NCBI GenBank assembly: GCA_964499985.1
Contig: CAZCMX010000001.1
Span: forward strand, 10,916-74,915
Direction: 5' to 3'
DNA length: 64,000 nucleotides
Source: an uncultured Mageeibacillus sp.
GTDB lineage: Bacteria; Bacillota; Clostridia; Saccharofermentanales; UBA5734
Position numbers and translations under genes: made by a program. Under the pieces are notes generated by a model that worked only from the letters and a program-made list of their open reading frames with translations, was not told where the DNA came from and did no database searches. Below, piece by piece: positions 56,472 to 64,000 of the stretch; position 1 is the stretch's first letter, and each line of letters opens with the position of its first letter.

Positions 56472-57397
56472 CAGCCATTCCTCCTTGCTGAAAGCAGGTA
56501 CAGGATCGCCATGCGGACGGCGACTCCATTGGTCACTTGTTCATTGATCACGGACTGCGATCCGTCATAGACACAAGAAGGCATTTCCACGCCATGATTG
56601 CAAGGTCCGGGATGCATCAGGATCGCATCCGGCTTGGCCAGCTGCAGTGTTTTGTCGTCGATGGCAAAGAAGCGGGCATATTCGCGGATCGAAGGGTAAA
56701 GTGCCTTTTGCTGGCGCTCCAGCTGGACCCGCAGGCCCATGACCACATCGGCGCCCCGGACGGCGTCCTGCACCGTCGGGCAGACGATGGCAGGGGTCTT
56801 ATCGAGGTCTTTGGGCAGCATGGTGCTGGGTGCTGCCATACGAACCCTGGCGCCCATTTTCTCGAGAGCCCACAGATTGCTCCGGGCCACCCGGCTGTGC
56901 AGCAGGTCGCCGACGATCGCCACCTCGAGCCCCTGGAGGCTGCCCTTATGCTGGCGCATGGTGAACAGGTCCAGCAGGGCCTGGGTCGGATGTTCATTCA
57001 TGCCATCGCCGGCATTGACGACGGAGGCTTTGACCAGTGGCGCAATCATATGCGGTGCGCCAGACTGGCTGTGACGCATGATCAGGATGTCGGTGGCCAT
57101 GACATCGATCGTCCGGGCGGTGTCAATCAGTGATTCACCCTTATTGATGCTGCTGCCCGAGGACGAGATATTGGCCGACGAAGCCCCCATGAACTTGGAA
57201 GCCATTTCAAAGGACAGGCGGGTCCGGGTGCTGTTTTCATAAAACAAAGTCACAACGGATTTGCCCTGGAGATGAGCGGTTTTCTTGCTGCTGGCTGACA
57301 GGACATGTTTCATGGTTTCAGCAGTATCAAGGATCAGGCTGATCTCTTCAGCTGACAATTCCTTGATGCCGAGCAAGTCTTTGGATCGCAGTTGCAT
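56471..57397 (-). CDS. pyrB: Aspartate carbamoyltransferase catalytic subunit
   Basis: FYENSTRTRLSFE, HPTQALLD and HPGP motifs. The start was set to ATG 57397, 4 nt after the pyrR stop. The ORF-track extension to 57544 overlaps pyrR. Confidence 0.95.
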   Translation of the reverse strand: MQLRSKDLLGIKELSAEEISLILDTAETMKHVLSASSKKTAHLQGKSVVTLFYENSTRTRLSFEMASKFMGASSANISSSGSSINKGESLIDTARTIDVMATDILIMRHSQSGAPHMIAPLVKASVVNAGDGMNEHPTQALLDLFTMRQHKGSLQGLEVAIVGDLLHSRVARSNLWALEKMGARVRMAAPSTMLPKDLDKTPAIVCPTVQDAVRGADVVMGLRVQLERQQKALYPSIREYARFFAIDDKTLQLAKPDAILMHPGPCNHGVEMPSCVYDGSQSVINEQVTNGVAVRMAILYLLSARRNG

Positions 57398-57401
57398 CCG
57401 C

Positions 57402-57983
<582 letters not shown>

Positions 57984-57995
57984 TCAAACTGATGG

Positions 57996-58128
57996 CATAA
58001 AAATAGCCATCTGTCACTGCAAGACAGGTGGCTGCAAAAATCGTATCCCAAAGGCCCGGATGTGGATGCCAAGATGTGATGGGAGGACTGTTGTAAACCT
58101 TTGAAGTCTCACAGGACTGCGTTAAAGG
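57996..58128 (-). promoter_or_regulatory. PyrR-dependent transcription attenuator (binding loop plus terminator) in the pyr leader
   Basis: The minus-strand RNA has the hairpin CCUUUAACGC-AGUCCUGUGAGACU-UCAAAGG (58098-58128). Its apical sequence matches the PyrR box ARUCCAGAGAGGYU at 11 of 14 positions. Downstream is the terminator AGCCACCUGUC-UUGCAGU-GACAGAUGGCU followed by AUUUUUAU (57996-58033). Confidence 0.65.
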
Positions 58129-58142
58129 TAGCTGTTTTTATG

Positions 58143-58171
58143 AGAATAACTGAACGACACCAAGAAAGCAA
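58143..58171 (-). promoter_or_regulatory. Putative pyr operon promoter
   Basis: The minus strand reads TTGCTT, a 17-nt spacer, then TATTCT, just upstream of the PyrR-binding hairpin. Confidence 0.35.
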
Positions 58172-58181
58172 GACCTGTCGA

Positions 58182-58210
58182 TTGACAGGATCCTGGAAGC
58201 TTGTTAAGAT
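58182..58210 (+). promoter_or_regulatory. Putative promoter of tRNA-Leu(CAA)
   Basis: TTGACA, a 17-nt spacer, then TAAGAT, ending 24 nt upstream of the tRNA 5' end. Confidence 0.5.
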
Positions 58211-58233
58211 TGACCAGGTAGTTCAAAACGCCC

Positions 58234-58320
58234 GGGGATGTGGCGGAACTGGCAGACGCAGCAGACTCAAAATCTGCCGATTGAGAGATCGTAAGGGTTC
58301 GATTCCCTTCATCCCCACCA
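58234..58320 (+). tRNA. tRNA-Leu (anticodon CAA), class II with long variable arm, CCA encoded
   Basis: 7-bp acceptor GGGGATG/CATCCCC, anticodon stem GCAGA/TCTGC with loop CTCAAAA, T-arm AAGGG-TTCGATT-CCCTT, and a 3' ACCA. Confidence 0.92.
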
Positions 58321-58322
58321 GC

Positions 58323-58368
58323 AAAAAAGACCTTGGAACCGCCGGATTGGTTCCAGGGTCTTTTTTTT
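58323..58368 (+). terminator. Rho-independent terminator after tRNA-Leu(CAA)
   Basis: 12-bp stem GACCTTGGAACC/GGTTCCAGGGTC followed by T8. Confidence 0.8.
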
Positions 58369-58382
58369 GAAAAATTTGATGC

Positions 58383-58412
58383 TTGACAAGACAAGTCCCC
58401 TTTCACTATAAT
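58383..58412 (+). promoter_or_regulatory. Putative promoter of the tRNA-Met/Tyr pair
   Basis: TTGACA, an 18-nt spacer, then TATAAT. Confidence 0.5.
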
Positions 58413-58451
58413 CTCCCTTGTTGCTGAGACAAGGTGCCGCGCACGGCAAAT

Positions 58452-58528
58452 GGGCCATTAGCTCAGTTGGTCAGAGCAGCCGGCTCATAACCGGTCGGTC
58501 CGGGGTTCAAGTCCCTGATGGCCCACCA
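58452..58528 (+). tRNA. tRNA with CAT anticodon (elongator Met, or Ile2 if lysidinylated), CCA encoded
   Basis: Acceptor GGGCCAT/ATGGCCC, D-arm TAGCTCAGTTGGTCAGAGC, anticodon loop CTCATAA, and T-loop GGTTCAAGTCC. The G1-C72 pair and the lack of a GGG/CCC anticodon stem argue against an initiator tRNA. Confidence 0.88.
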
Positions 58529-58549
58529 CCTCGCACAACATTTTCATAT

Positions 58550-58634
58550 GGGGGAATTCCCGAGCGGCCAAAGGGGGCAGACTGTAAATCTGTTGTCACC
58601 GACTTCGGTGGTTCGAATCCACCTTCCCCCACCA
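58550..58634 (+). tRNA. tRNA-Tyr (anticodon GTA), class II, CCA encoded
   Basis: Acceptor GGGGGAA/TTCCCCC, anticodon stem-loop GCAGA-CTGTAAA-TCTGT, long variable arm, and T-loop GGTTCGAATCC. Confidence 0.92.
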
Positions 58635-58636
58635 TT

Positions 58637-58670
58637 AAAAAGAACCATCCAGCCGGGTGGTTCTTTTTTT
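58637..58670 (+). terminator. Rho-independent terminator after tRNA-Tyr
   Basis: AAGAACCA ... TGGTTCTT stem followed by a T-run. Confidence 0.75.
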
Positions 58671-58754
58671 GTCATTCAGGCCAGGAATCGATTAGCCAGA
58701 ACAAAGCCAGCCCAGCCTTTGCCACAGCTTGGGCTGGCTTTTCCTCCGCGAATT

Positions 58755-60179
58755 TTATTGCAGGCCTGCCACCAGGTTCTTGAACAGATTGCCGCGTTCC
58801 TCAAAATGGCGGAATTTGTCAAAGCTGGTCCCGGCCGGTGACAAGACAACGACTTCGCCCGGTTGTGCCAGCGACTGGGCCAGGAGCACGGCCTCTTCAT
58901 AGGAATCAACCCGGTGGATGGCCAGGGTATCCGGATGGACCTTGGCCATCGGGGCTTCGAGCAACAGGTTGTCCCGGATCAGGCTGGCATTGTCGCCACA
59001 GAGGATGATTTTGCGGGACACTGCAGCGATCGCCTCACCCAGGCCAGTATAGTCACATTTCTTGTCCTTGCCGCCGGTGATCAGGACCACCTGCTCCTTG
59101 CGTTCAGCCAGAGCGAGCAGGGCCGCCCGGGTGCGGGTCGGACTGGTATCGATCGAACTGTTATAGTAACGGACTCCGTCGAGCTCGCGCACGAGCTCGA
59201 GTCGATGCTCCACCCCGCCAAACCGGGTCGCGATGGCGGCAATATGCTCCGGTTTGACATAAGGCCAGGTTGCGGCCGTGGCAGCGAGATAATTCTCGAT
59301 ATTGTGCTTGCCGGGAATAATGATGTCCTTCGTCGCTACGACGGGCGTATCGCTGCCGTTCTCGCGGTAGCAGATCATGCCATCGACCACCAGGGCGCCC
59401 GTCAGCAGGCCGGCATTTTTCCGGGCAAACAGGATCGTTTCCCCGCGGGCTTCGGGAATCATCGAGCGGGTGACATAATTTTCATGGTTCAAAACCAGAC
59501 GGCCCATGAAGGACTGGTACAGGTAGATGTTCTTCTTGGCATCGATGTATTCCTGATAATCCTTGTGGACATCGAGGTGGTTGGGCGTGACATTGGTCAC
59601 GACAGCCACATCGGGGCTCTGGCGCATGCTCGAGAGCTGGAAGCTCGACAGCTCGAGCACCACCATGTCTTCCGGCCTGACCTGGTCGATCCGGTCGAGC
59701 AGCGGGGTGCCGATATTGCCTCCCAGGTGAACCGTATAGCCTGCCTCTTTCAGGATCAGGCTGACCAGAGTCGTCGTTGTCGTCTTGCCATCCGAACCGG
59801 TAATCGCAAAAATCCTCGCCGGGCAAAGCGCCATGAAGACTTCCATTTCCGAGGTGATGATCGCCCCACGTTCACGTTCCGCCAGCAGCTGGGGAACATC
59901 CGGGCGCATCTTGGGCGTCCGGAAAACCAGGTCAAAGCCTTTAAGGCGGTCCAGGTAGTCGGGGCCGACTGACCAGTCCAGGTCGATGCCTTCGGCGGCA
60001 AACTCTGCCTGGGTTCGGCTCAGGACCGGATCAGCCGCATCGAGCATGTCGAAGGCCGTGATCTGGGCCCCCAGCTGGTGGATATAGCGGATCAGCGGCC
60101 GGTTGCTGATGCCAACCCCGAGGACGGCGATCCGTTTGCCACGAATCATCTGCTTGAACTGTTCCAGTTTCTGGTTCAT
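58755..60179 (-). CDS. murD: UDP-N-acetylmuramoylalanine--D-glutamate ligase
   Basis: Mur ligase P-loop ITGSDGKTTTTTL, with an N-terminal Rossmann segment RIAVLGVGISN. The start was set to ATG 60179 behind GGAGGG. Confidence 0.93.
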   Translation of the reverse strand: MNQKLEQFKQMIRGKRIAVLGVGISNRPLIRYIHQLGAQITAFDMLDAADPVLSRTQAEFAAEGIDLDWSVGPDYLDRLKGFDLVFRTPKMRPDVPQLLAERERGAIITSEMEVFMALCPARIFAITGSDGKTTTTTLVSLILKEAGYTVHLGGNIGTPLLDRIDQVRPEDMVVLELSSFQLSSMRQSPDVAVVTNVTPNHLDVHKDYQEYIDAKKNIYLYQSFMGRLVLNHENYVTRSMIPEARGETILFARKNAGLLTGALVVDGMICYRENGSDTPVVATKDIIIPGKHNIENYLAATAATWPYVKPEHIAAIATRFGGVEHRLELVRELDGVRYYNSSIDTSPTRTRAALLALAERKEQVVLITGGKDKKCDYTGLGEAIAAVSRKIILCGDNASLIRDNLLLEAPMAKVHPDTLAIHRVDSYEEAVLLAQSLAQPGEVVVLSPAGTSFDKFRHFEERGNLFKNLVAGLQ

Positions 60180-60224
60180 TTTTAGCCCTCCAAAAATAAG
60201 TGCTCTAAAATTATAAATCAGGTC

Positions 60225-60253
60225 TTGCAATTTGACCATCGGCAGGTTATGAT
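60225..60253 (+). promoter_or_regulatory. Putative promoter of tRNA-Leu(CAG)
   Basis: TTGCAA, a 17-nt spacer, then TATGAT, ending 13 nt upstream of the tRNA 5' end. Confidence 0.4.
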
Positions 60254-60265
60254 AATCAACGTCCC

Positions 60266-60352
60266 GCGGAGATGGCGGAATTGGCAGACGCGCTAGTTTC
60301 AGGTACTAGTGATCGAGAGGTCATGCAGGTTCAAGTCCTGTTCTCCGCACCA
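60266..60352 (+). tRNA. tRNA-Leu (anticodon CAG), class II, CCA encoded
   Basis: Acceptor GCGGAGA/TCTCCGC, anticodon stem CTAGT/ACTAG with loop TTCAGGT, long variable arm, and T-loop GGTTCAAGTCC. Confidence 0.9.
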
Positions 60353-60357
60353 TCAGG

Positions 60358-60409
60358 AACTGCATCGTTTTGTGCACCCGCACACGCGATGCAGTTTTTG
60401 TATTTCCCG
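60358..60409 (+). terminator. Rho-independent terminator after tRNA-Leu(CAG)
   Basis: 10-bp stem AACTGCATCG/CGATGCAGTT around a structured loop, followed by T5. Confidence 0.65.
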
Positions 60410-60465
60410 GATTTTTGACGGTGCCAATCCGGTCGCAGACTTGACCAGAAAGGGGGATCTGCGAG

Positions 60466-62970
60466 ATGTCCAATCCGAACGATCCGGCTCAGCCGGCCGC
60501 TGCCCTGCCGGTCCTGCCTGTGGCGGTGCGGATCCTGGCCGAGGCTGTCCATCGCCAGGGCGGGCTGGGCGGACCTGCCTATGCTTCGGTCAGCGGCCCC
60601 GAAGGGACCCGCCTGCACCAGAAGCTGGTTCGCCATTATGCCGCCCAGCTCGGTGAGGATAAAGTCCTGTCCGAGCTTCGCCTCAGCGGCCAGGTGGCCT
60701 GTGAGGCGGTCCTGCTCCAGGTCAGCGGCCGCTGCGACCTGGTTTTGCACGATGAGCAGGAGACCGTCCTGATCGAGGCGAAAAGCTTCGCTGGCTCTGC
60801 CCAGCATCTGCCGCCTCAGGGCGATCCGGCCCACTGGGCCCAGGCGATGCTGTATGCCCATCTCTATCTGCAGGATTCCGCAAGGGAAGCCCTGACCATC
60901 GGCCTGGCCTATGTCAGCCAGGAAAATTCTGCAATCATTGAATTCCGCCGGACCGAAACCCGCGCCAGCCTCGAGGAGTTTTTCCGCAGGACGGCGCGGT
61001 CATTTGCCAGTCTGGCCGGCCAGATCCTGACCGGGCAAAAGCTGCGCGATGATAGTGCCAAGACCTGCCGTTTCCCCTTCGCCAGCCTGAGGCCAGGCCA
61101 GAAGCGCCTGATGCAAGAGGTCATCGGCATCACCCGGCAAAAGGGTGTCCTGTTCGCCCAGGCTCCGACAGGCACCGGCAAGACGCTGTCCGTCCTCTTC
61201 CCGGCGATCCGGCTCTTGGCCCATCACCAGATTGACCGCGTCTTCTACCTGACGGCCATGTCCTCCACGCGCAAGGTGGCCGAGCAGGCGCTGGCGGATT
61301 TGCGGGCCAATGGCCTGGTTTTGCGCAGCCTGACCCTGAGGGCCAAAGAAAAAAGCTGTCTGGCCCCGGACTTGTTCTGCAATGTGCGGCTCTGTCCCTA
61401 TGCCATCTCGTATTACCAGCATTTGCCGGCTGCCCTGTCGGATTTGCTGAAAGCCGGCGGTCATTGCCCGCCGGAACAGATCCGGGCCGTCGCCCAGACG
61501 CACCAGGTCTGTCCCTTTGAATTGTCACTGGACTATGCCCTGTACTGCGACGTCATCATCGGTGACTACAACTATGTCTTCGATCCCCGGATCCAGCTCG
61601 ACCGCTTTTTCAACAATACGGACCAGAGTCATCTGGTCCTGGTCGATGAAGCCCATAATCTGCCGGATCGTTCGCGGGAAATGTACAGTGCCGAATTCGA
61701 TTTTGCCCTGGTCAAGGAGGCCATCAGCCTTGTCAAGGATCGCCACCCTTATCTGGCCCAGACGCTGGAGAAGCTCGAGCAATATGGCCTGCGACTGGCA
61801 GCAGCCATGAAAGCCTTGGACGCTGCGGACCAGGTCCATCCTGCCACGGAGCCAACCGGGTTTGCCGCGGTGGAAACGGACCAGACTGGCCGCCTGATGA
61901 AAAGTGACGAGTTCCTGGCCATGACAGCCAAGCCGGCCAACCTGGTCAAATTGCTGGGCCGGACCATCCATTTTGGCCGCCAGTACCTGGATGAGCAGCC
62001 GGACGATCCGGAGTCCAAAAAAATACTCGATCTTTTCCTGATGGCCCATTTTTTCTGCAAGGTGGCTGACCAATTCTTCGGGCCGGCCTATATCACCACG
62101 GCAGCCCGTTCAGAGGCCACTGCCCGGATCCGCCTGATGTGCCTCGATGCCTCTGCCCACTTGACCGAGATATACCGTGACCGCCATCCCGTCGTCTTTT
62201 TTTCTGCCACTCTGACACCGCTCGACTACTATATCGGTCTGCTCGACAGTGATGTCAGCACCAGGCCACCGGAAAAGCTCAGCCTGCCCTCCCCTTTCCC
62301 GCCGGAGAATTTCCTGGTCCTGTTACAGACCCGTCATTCGACCCGCTTTCAGGATCGCCTGGCGACATTTGTGCCTATTGTCGAGGACATCCTGGCCGCC
62401 GCCAGAACCCGGATCGGCAATTACCTCGTCTTCCTGCCTTCATATGCGTATCTGGCGCGGGTGCGCCAGATCCTCAAAAGCCGGCCTGACCGCGCGGATT
62501 TCGATTTCATTGTCCAGGTTCCCAGCATGGATGAAAAACAAAAGCAGGCCTTTTTGAACCGGTTCGAGCACTATGGCCAGAGGACCTTGATCGGTCTGGC
62601 TGTGCTGGGCAGCCTCTTCAATGAAGGCATCGATTTGACCGGAGAGCGCCTCTGCGGCGTGGTCATTGTAGGCGTGGGCTTGCCCCAGCTCAGTCCGGAG
62701 CGTGAAATCATGAGCCAGTATTTTGCCAGCCGGCTGGGACGGGGCTTTGAATATGCCTACCAATTCCCTGGATTCAACAAGGTCCAGCAGGCCGCCGGCC
62801 GGGTGATCCGCTCAGAATCCGATGTCGGTTTTGTCCTGTTGATCGATGACCGTTATAAAAAGCCTGAATACCAGGCCCTGTTCCCGCCGGACTGGCAACC
62901 AGTGGCCATCGACCGGGCCGAGGCCCTGACGGATGAATTGAAGGCGTTCTGGGCCAGTCACAGGCCCTGA
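60466..62970 (+). CDS. Fusion protein: N-terminal RecB/Cas4-like PD-(D/E)XK nuclease domain plus XPD/Rad3/DinG-type Fe-S DNA helicase
   Basis: 834 aa. Nuclease-like motifs are GRCD(91)LVLHD, VLIE(104)AK(106)SF and Q(126)AMLY(130). The helicase has Walker A AQAPTGTGKT, a four-Cys Fe-S insert (KSCLAPDLFCNVRLCPY ... HQVCPFE), the DEAH box LVLVDEAHNL, and C-terminal motifs GSLFNEGIDL and QAAGRVIRS. Confidence 0.85.
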   Translation: MSNPNDPAQPAAALPVLPVAVRILAEAVHRQGGLGGPAYASVSGPEGTRLHQKLVRHYAAQLGEDKVLSELRLSGQVACEAVLLQVSGRCDLVLHDEQETVLIEAKSFAGSAQHLPPQGDPAHWAQAMLYAHLYLQDSAREALTIGLAYVSQENSAIIEFRRTETRASLEEFFRRTARSFASLAGQILTGQKLRDDSAKTCRFPFASLRPGQKRLMQEVIGITRQKGVLFAQAPTGTGKTLSVLFPAIRLLAHHQIDRVFYLTAMSSTRKVAEQALADLRANGLVLRSLTLRAKEKSCLAPDLFCNVRLCPYAISYYQHLPAALSDLLKAGGHCPPEQIRAVAQTHQVCPFELSLDYALYCDVIIGDYNYVFDPRIQLDRFFNNTDQSHLVLVDEAHNLPDRSREMYSAEFDFALVKEAISLVKDRHPYLAQTLEKLEQYGLRLAAAMKALDAADQVHPATEPTGFAAVETDQTGRLMKSDEFLAMTAKPANLVKLLGRTIHFGRQYLDEQPDDPESKKILDLFLMAHFFCKVADQFFGPAYITTAARSEATARIRLMCLDASAHLTEIYRDRHPVVFFSATLTPLDYYIGLLDSDVSTRPPEKLSLPSPFPPENFLVLLQTRHSTRFQDRLATFVPIVEDILAAARTRIGNYLVFLPSYAYLARVRQILKSRPDRADFDFIVQVPSMDEKQKQAFLNRFEHYGQRTLIGLAVLGSLFNEGIDLTGERLCGVVIVGVGLPQLSPEREIMSQYFASRLGRGFEYAYQFPGFNKVQQAAGRVIRSESDVGFVLLIDDRYKKPEYQALFPPDWQPVAIDRAEALTDELKAFWASHRP

Positions 62971-63698
62971 AGCAGCAAGAGCCGCTGGTATTTCTTCTCC
63001 ATGATCACTGTCAGATAGTGTTCGGAGAAATCACAGATCTCTTTTTTGACAATATCCGATACCTTGAACGTAAAGAGCCGCTCGGCTTTGCTGTGCAGGA
63101 TGTATTGCAGGCAGGACAAGGCCGGGGCAGAGACTGACCTTATATCCTGGCCCGGACTGGGCCGGTGGTCATCTGCGCAGACCAGGCCATGGGCTCTGAA
63201 ATCAAACCAGGCGGAGGTCTGCGGCTTGCCGCAGGCCAGGCAGGCATCCAGGACGGGCGTGAAGCCGGAGATCGCCAGGGCCTTGAACTGGGCCACATGC
63301 GTCACCAGCAGCGGATCGGGCTGGTTCTGCAGGGCATGGCAGGCATAGGCCCACAGGATATACATCTGGTCATCTGCCAGATCGTCACGCACCAGGTCAT
63401 GGAAGACTTCGGCCAGATGGGCTGCGCAAATCAGGCGGTCCAGATCTTCCCGCAGGCGCAGGAAGGGCTCGACCAGCTCAGCAGAGTCGATGGTATAGCG
63501 CCCTTTATAGCTGAACAGGGTGAAATCGCTCAGGGCAAAGATTTGCGTGGCCGAAAGCAGCGGACTGCGCACCCGCCTTGAGCCGCGGGCCATGGCGGTC
63601 ACCAGGCCATGGGTGGCGGTCAGGATTTCGACCAGGCGGTCCGCTTCGCCGATGGCCACCTCCCGGAGGATAAAACCACGGACTTGCTCATGGGACAT
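62958..63698 (-). CDS. recO: DNA repair protein RecO
   Basis: RGFILREVAIGEADRLVEILTATHGLVTAMARGSRR forms the OB-fold N-terminus, with a central Cys pair (LDACLACG). era-recO synteny supports the call. Its 3' end overlaps the helicase 3' end by 13 nt. Confidence 0.9.
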   Translation of the reverse strand: MSHEQVRGFILREVAIGEADRLVEILTATHGLVTAMARGSRRVRSPLLSATQIFALSDFTLFSYKGRYTIDSAELVEPFLRLREDLDRLICAAHLAEVFHDLVRDDLADDQMYILWAYACHALQNQPDPLLVTHVAQFKALAISGFTPVLDACLACGKPQTSAWFDFRAHGLVCADDHRPSPGQDIRSVSAPALSCLQYILHSKAERLFTFKVSDIVKKEICDFSEHYLTVIMEKKYQRLLLLQGL

Positions 63699-63703
63699 GG
63701 GGC

Positions 63704-64000
63704 TCAGGAATGGTAGCCCAAGTCATTGAGGATGCTCTGGCGGTTGCGCCAGTCTTCCCTGACCTTGACGAAGAGGTCCAGATAGCAGGGGCAGTCCAGC
63801 ATCGCTTCGATCTCCTTGCGGGCATCCGTGCCAATCGCGGTCAGCATGCTGCCCTTCTTGCCAATGATGATCCCTTTGTGGGTGTCACGCTCACACAGGA
63901 TGGTCGCTTCGATGGTGACTCTGAGCCTCTCCCCCGTTTCGTCGGTTTCCTCCTTGAAGGTTTCGATCGATACGGCGGTGCCATGGGGAATTTCCTCATG
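63704..64000 (-). CDS. era: GTPase Era, C-terminal KH domain (5' part lies outside the window)
   Basis: Reverse translation, open to the window edge, gives ...IEATILCERDTHKGIIIGKKGSMLTAIGTDARKEIEAMLDCPCYLDLFVKVREDWRNRQSILNDLGYHS*. This ORF is not in the ORF track because no start codon lies inside the window. Confidence 0.9.
   Translation of the reverse strand, partial: HEEIPHGTAVSIETFKEETDETGERLRVTIEATILCERDTHKGIIIGKKGSMLTAIGTDARKEIEAMLDCPCYLDLFVKVREDWRNRQSILNDLGYHS

Noticed and set aside
60353-60465. A possible LexA box upstream of the nuclease-helicase gene (GGAACTGCATCGTTTTG).
   Set aside because: The spacing is GAAC-N6-GTTT rather than GAAC-N4-GTTC, and the sequence is part of the tRNA-Leu terminator stem. 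It is not a credible Cheo box.

Overview
The window is a GC-rich core-genome segment with Firmicutes (Clostridia/Bacilli-type) synteny, and almost every base is accounted for by housekeeping genes. On the plus strand: recA (5'-truncated)-recX-rimO-pgsA, acpP-rnc-smc-ftsY-ylxM-ffh-rpsP-khpA-rimM-trmD-rplS-rbgA-rnhB-yraN, and an aminotransferase followed by purB. Next come a GntR regulator, a cysteine desulfurase, thiI, a PurM-superfamily protein, glyA, rarA and nifS-nifU. These are followed by a PHP phosphatase (minus strand), an M18 aminopeptidase, a PflX-type radical SAM protein, a Xer-like recombinase (minus strand), asd, a LacI regulator, a Leu T-box leader, leuA, a GNAT and lexA. On the minus strand: the miaB-mutS-mutL-miaA-hfq cluster with a DAHP synthase, an RluA-family synthase, a DUF45 metallopeptidase-like protein, and a pyr operon (pyrR-pyrB-pyrC-pyrF-carB-pyrK-pyrD-atypical PRTase). 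The window ends with four tRNAs, murD, a large nuclease-helicase fusion, recO and era (truncated at the window edge). I found no CRISPR array, IS element, prophage or recognisable defence island, so this is an ordinary core region rather than an accessory one. The observations most worth a second look are: (1) a 150-aa single-pass membrane protein transcribed divergently from lexA across an intergenic region with two Cheo-box-like LexA operators, a candidate non-LysM SOS cell-division inhibitor; (2) an 834-aa protein fusing a RecB/Cas4-like PD-(D/E)XK nuclease domain to an XPD/DinG-type Fe-S helicase; (3) a pyr operon with no carA, a divergent long PRTase in place of canonical pyrE, and an AT-rich near-consensus internal promoter in front of carB; (4) a PurM-superfamily protein translationally coupled to thiI; (5) two perfect 15-bp-arm palindromes, at ftsY/ylxM and between GNAT and the lexA-divergent gene. 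All coordinates come from manual reading cross-checked against the ORF track. Coordinates of non-CDS elements may be off by a base or two.
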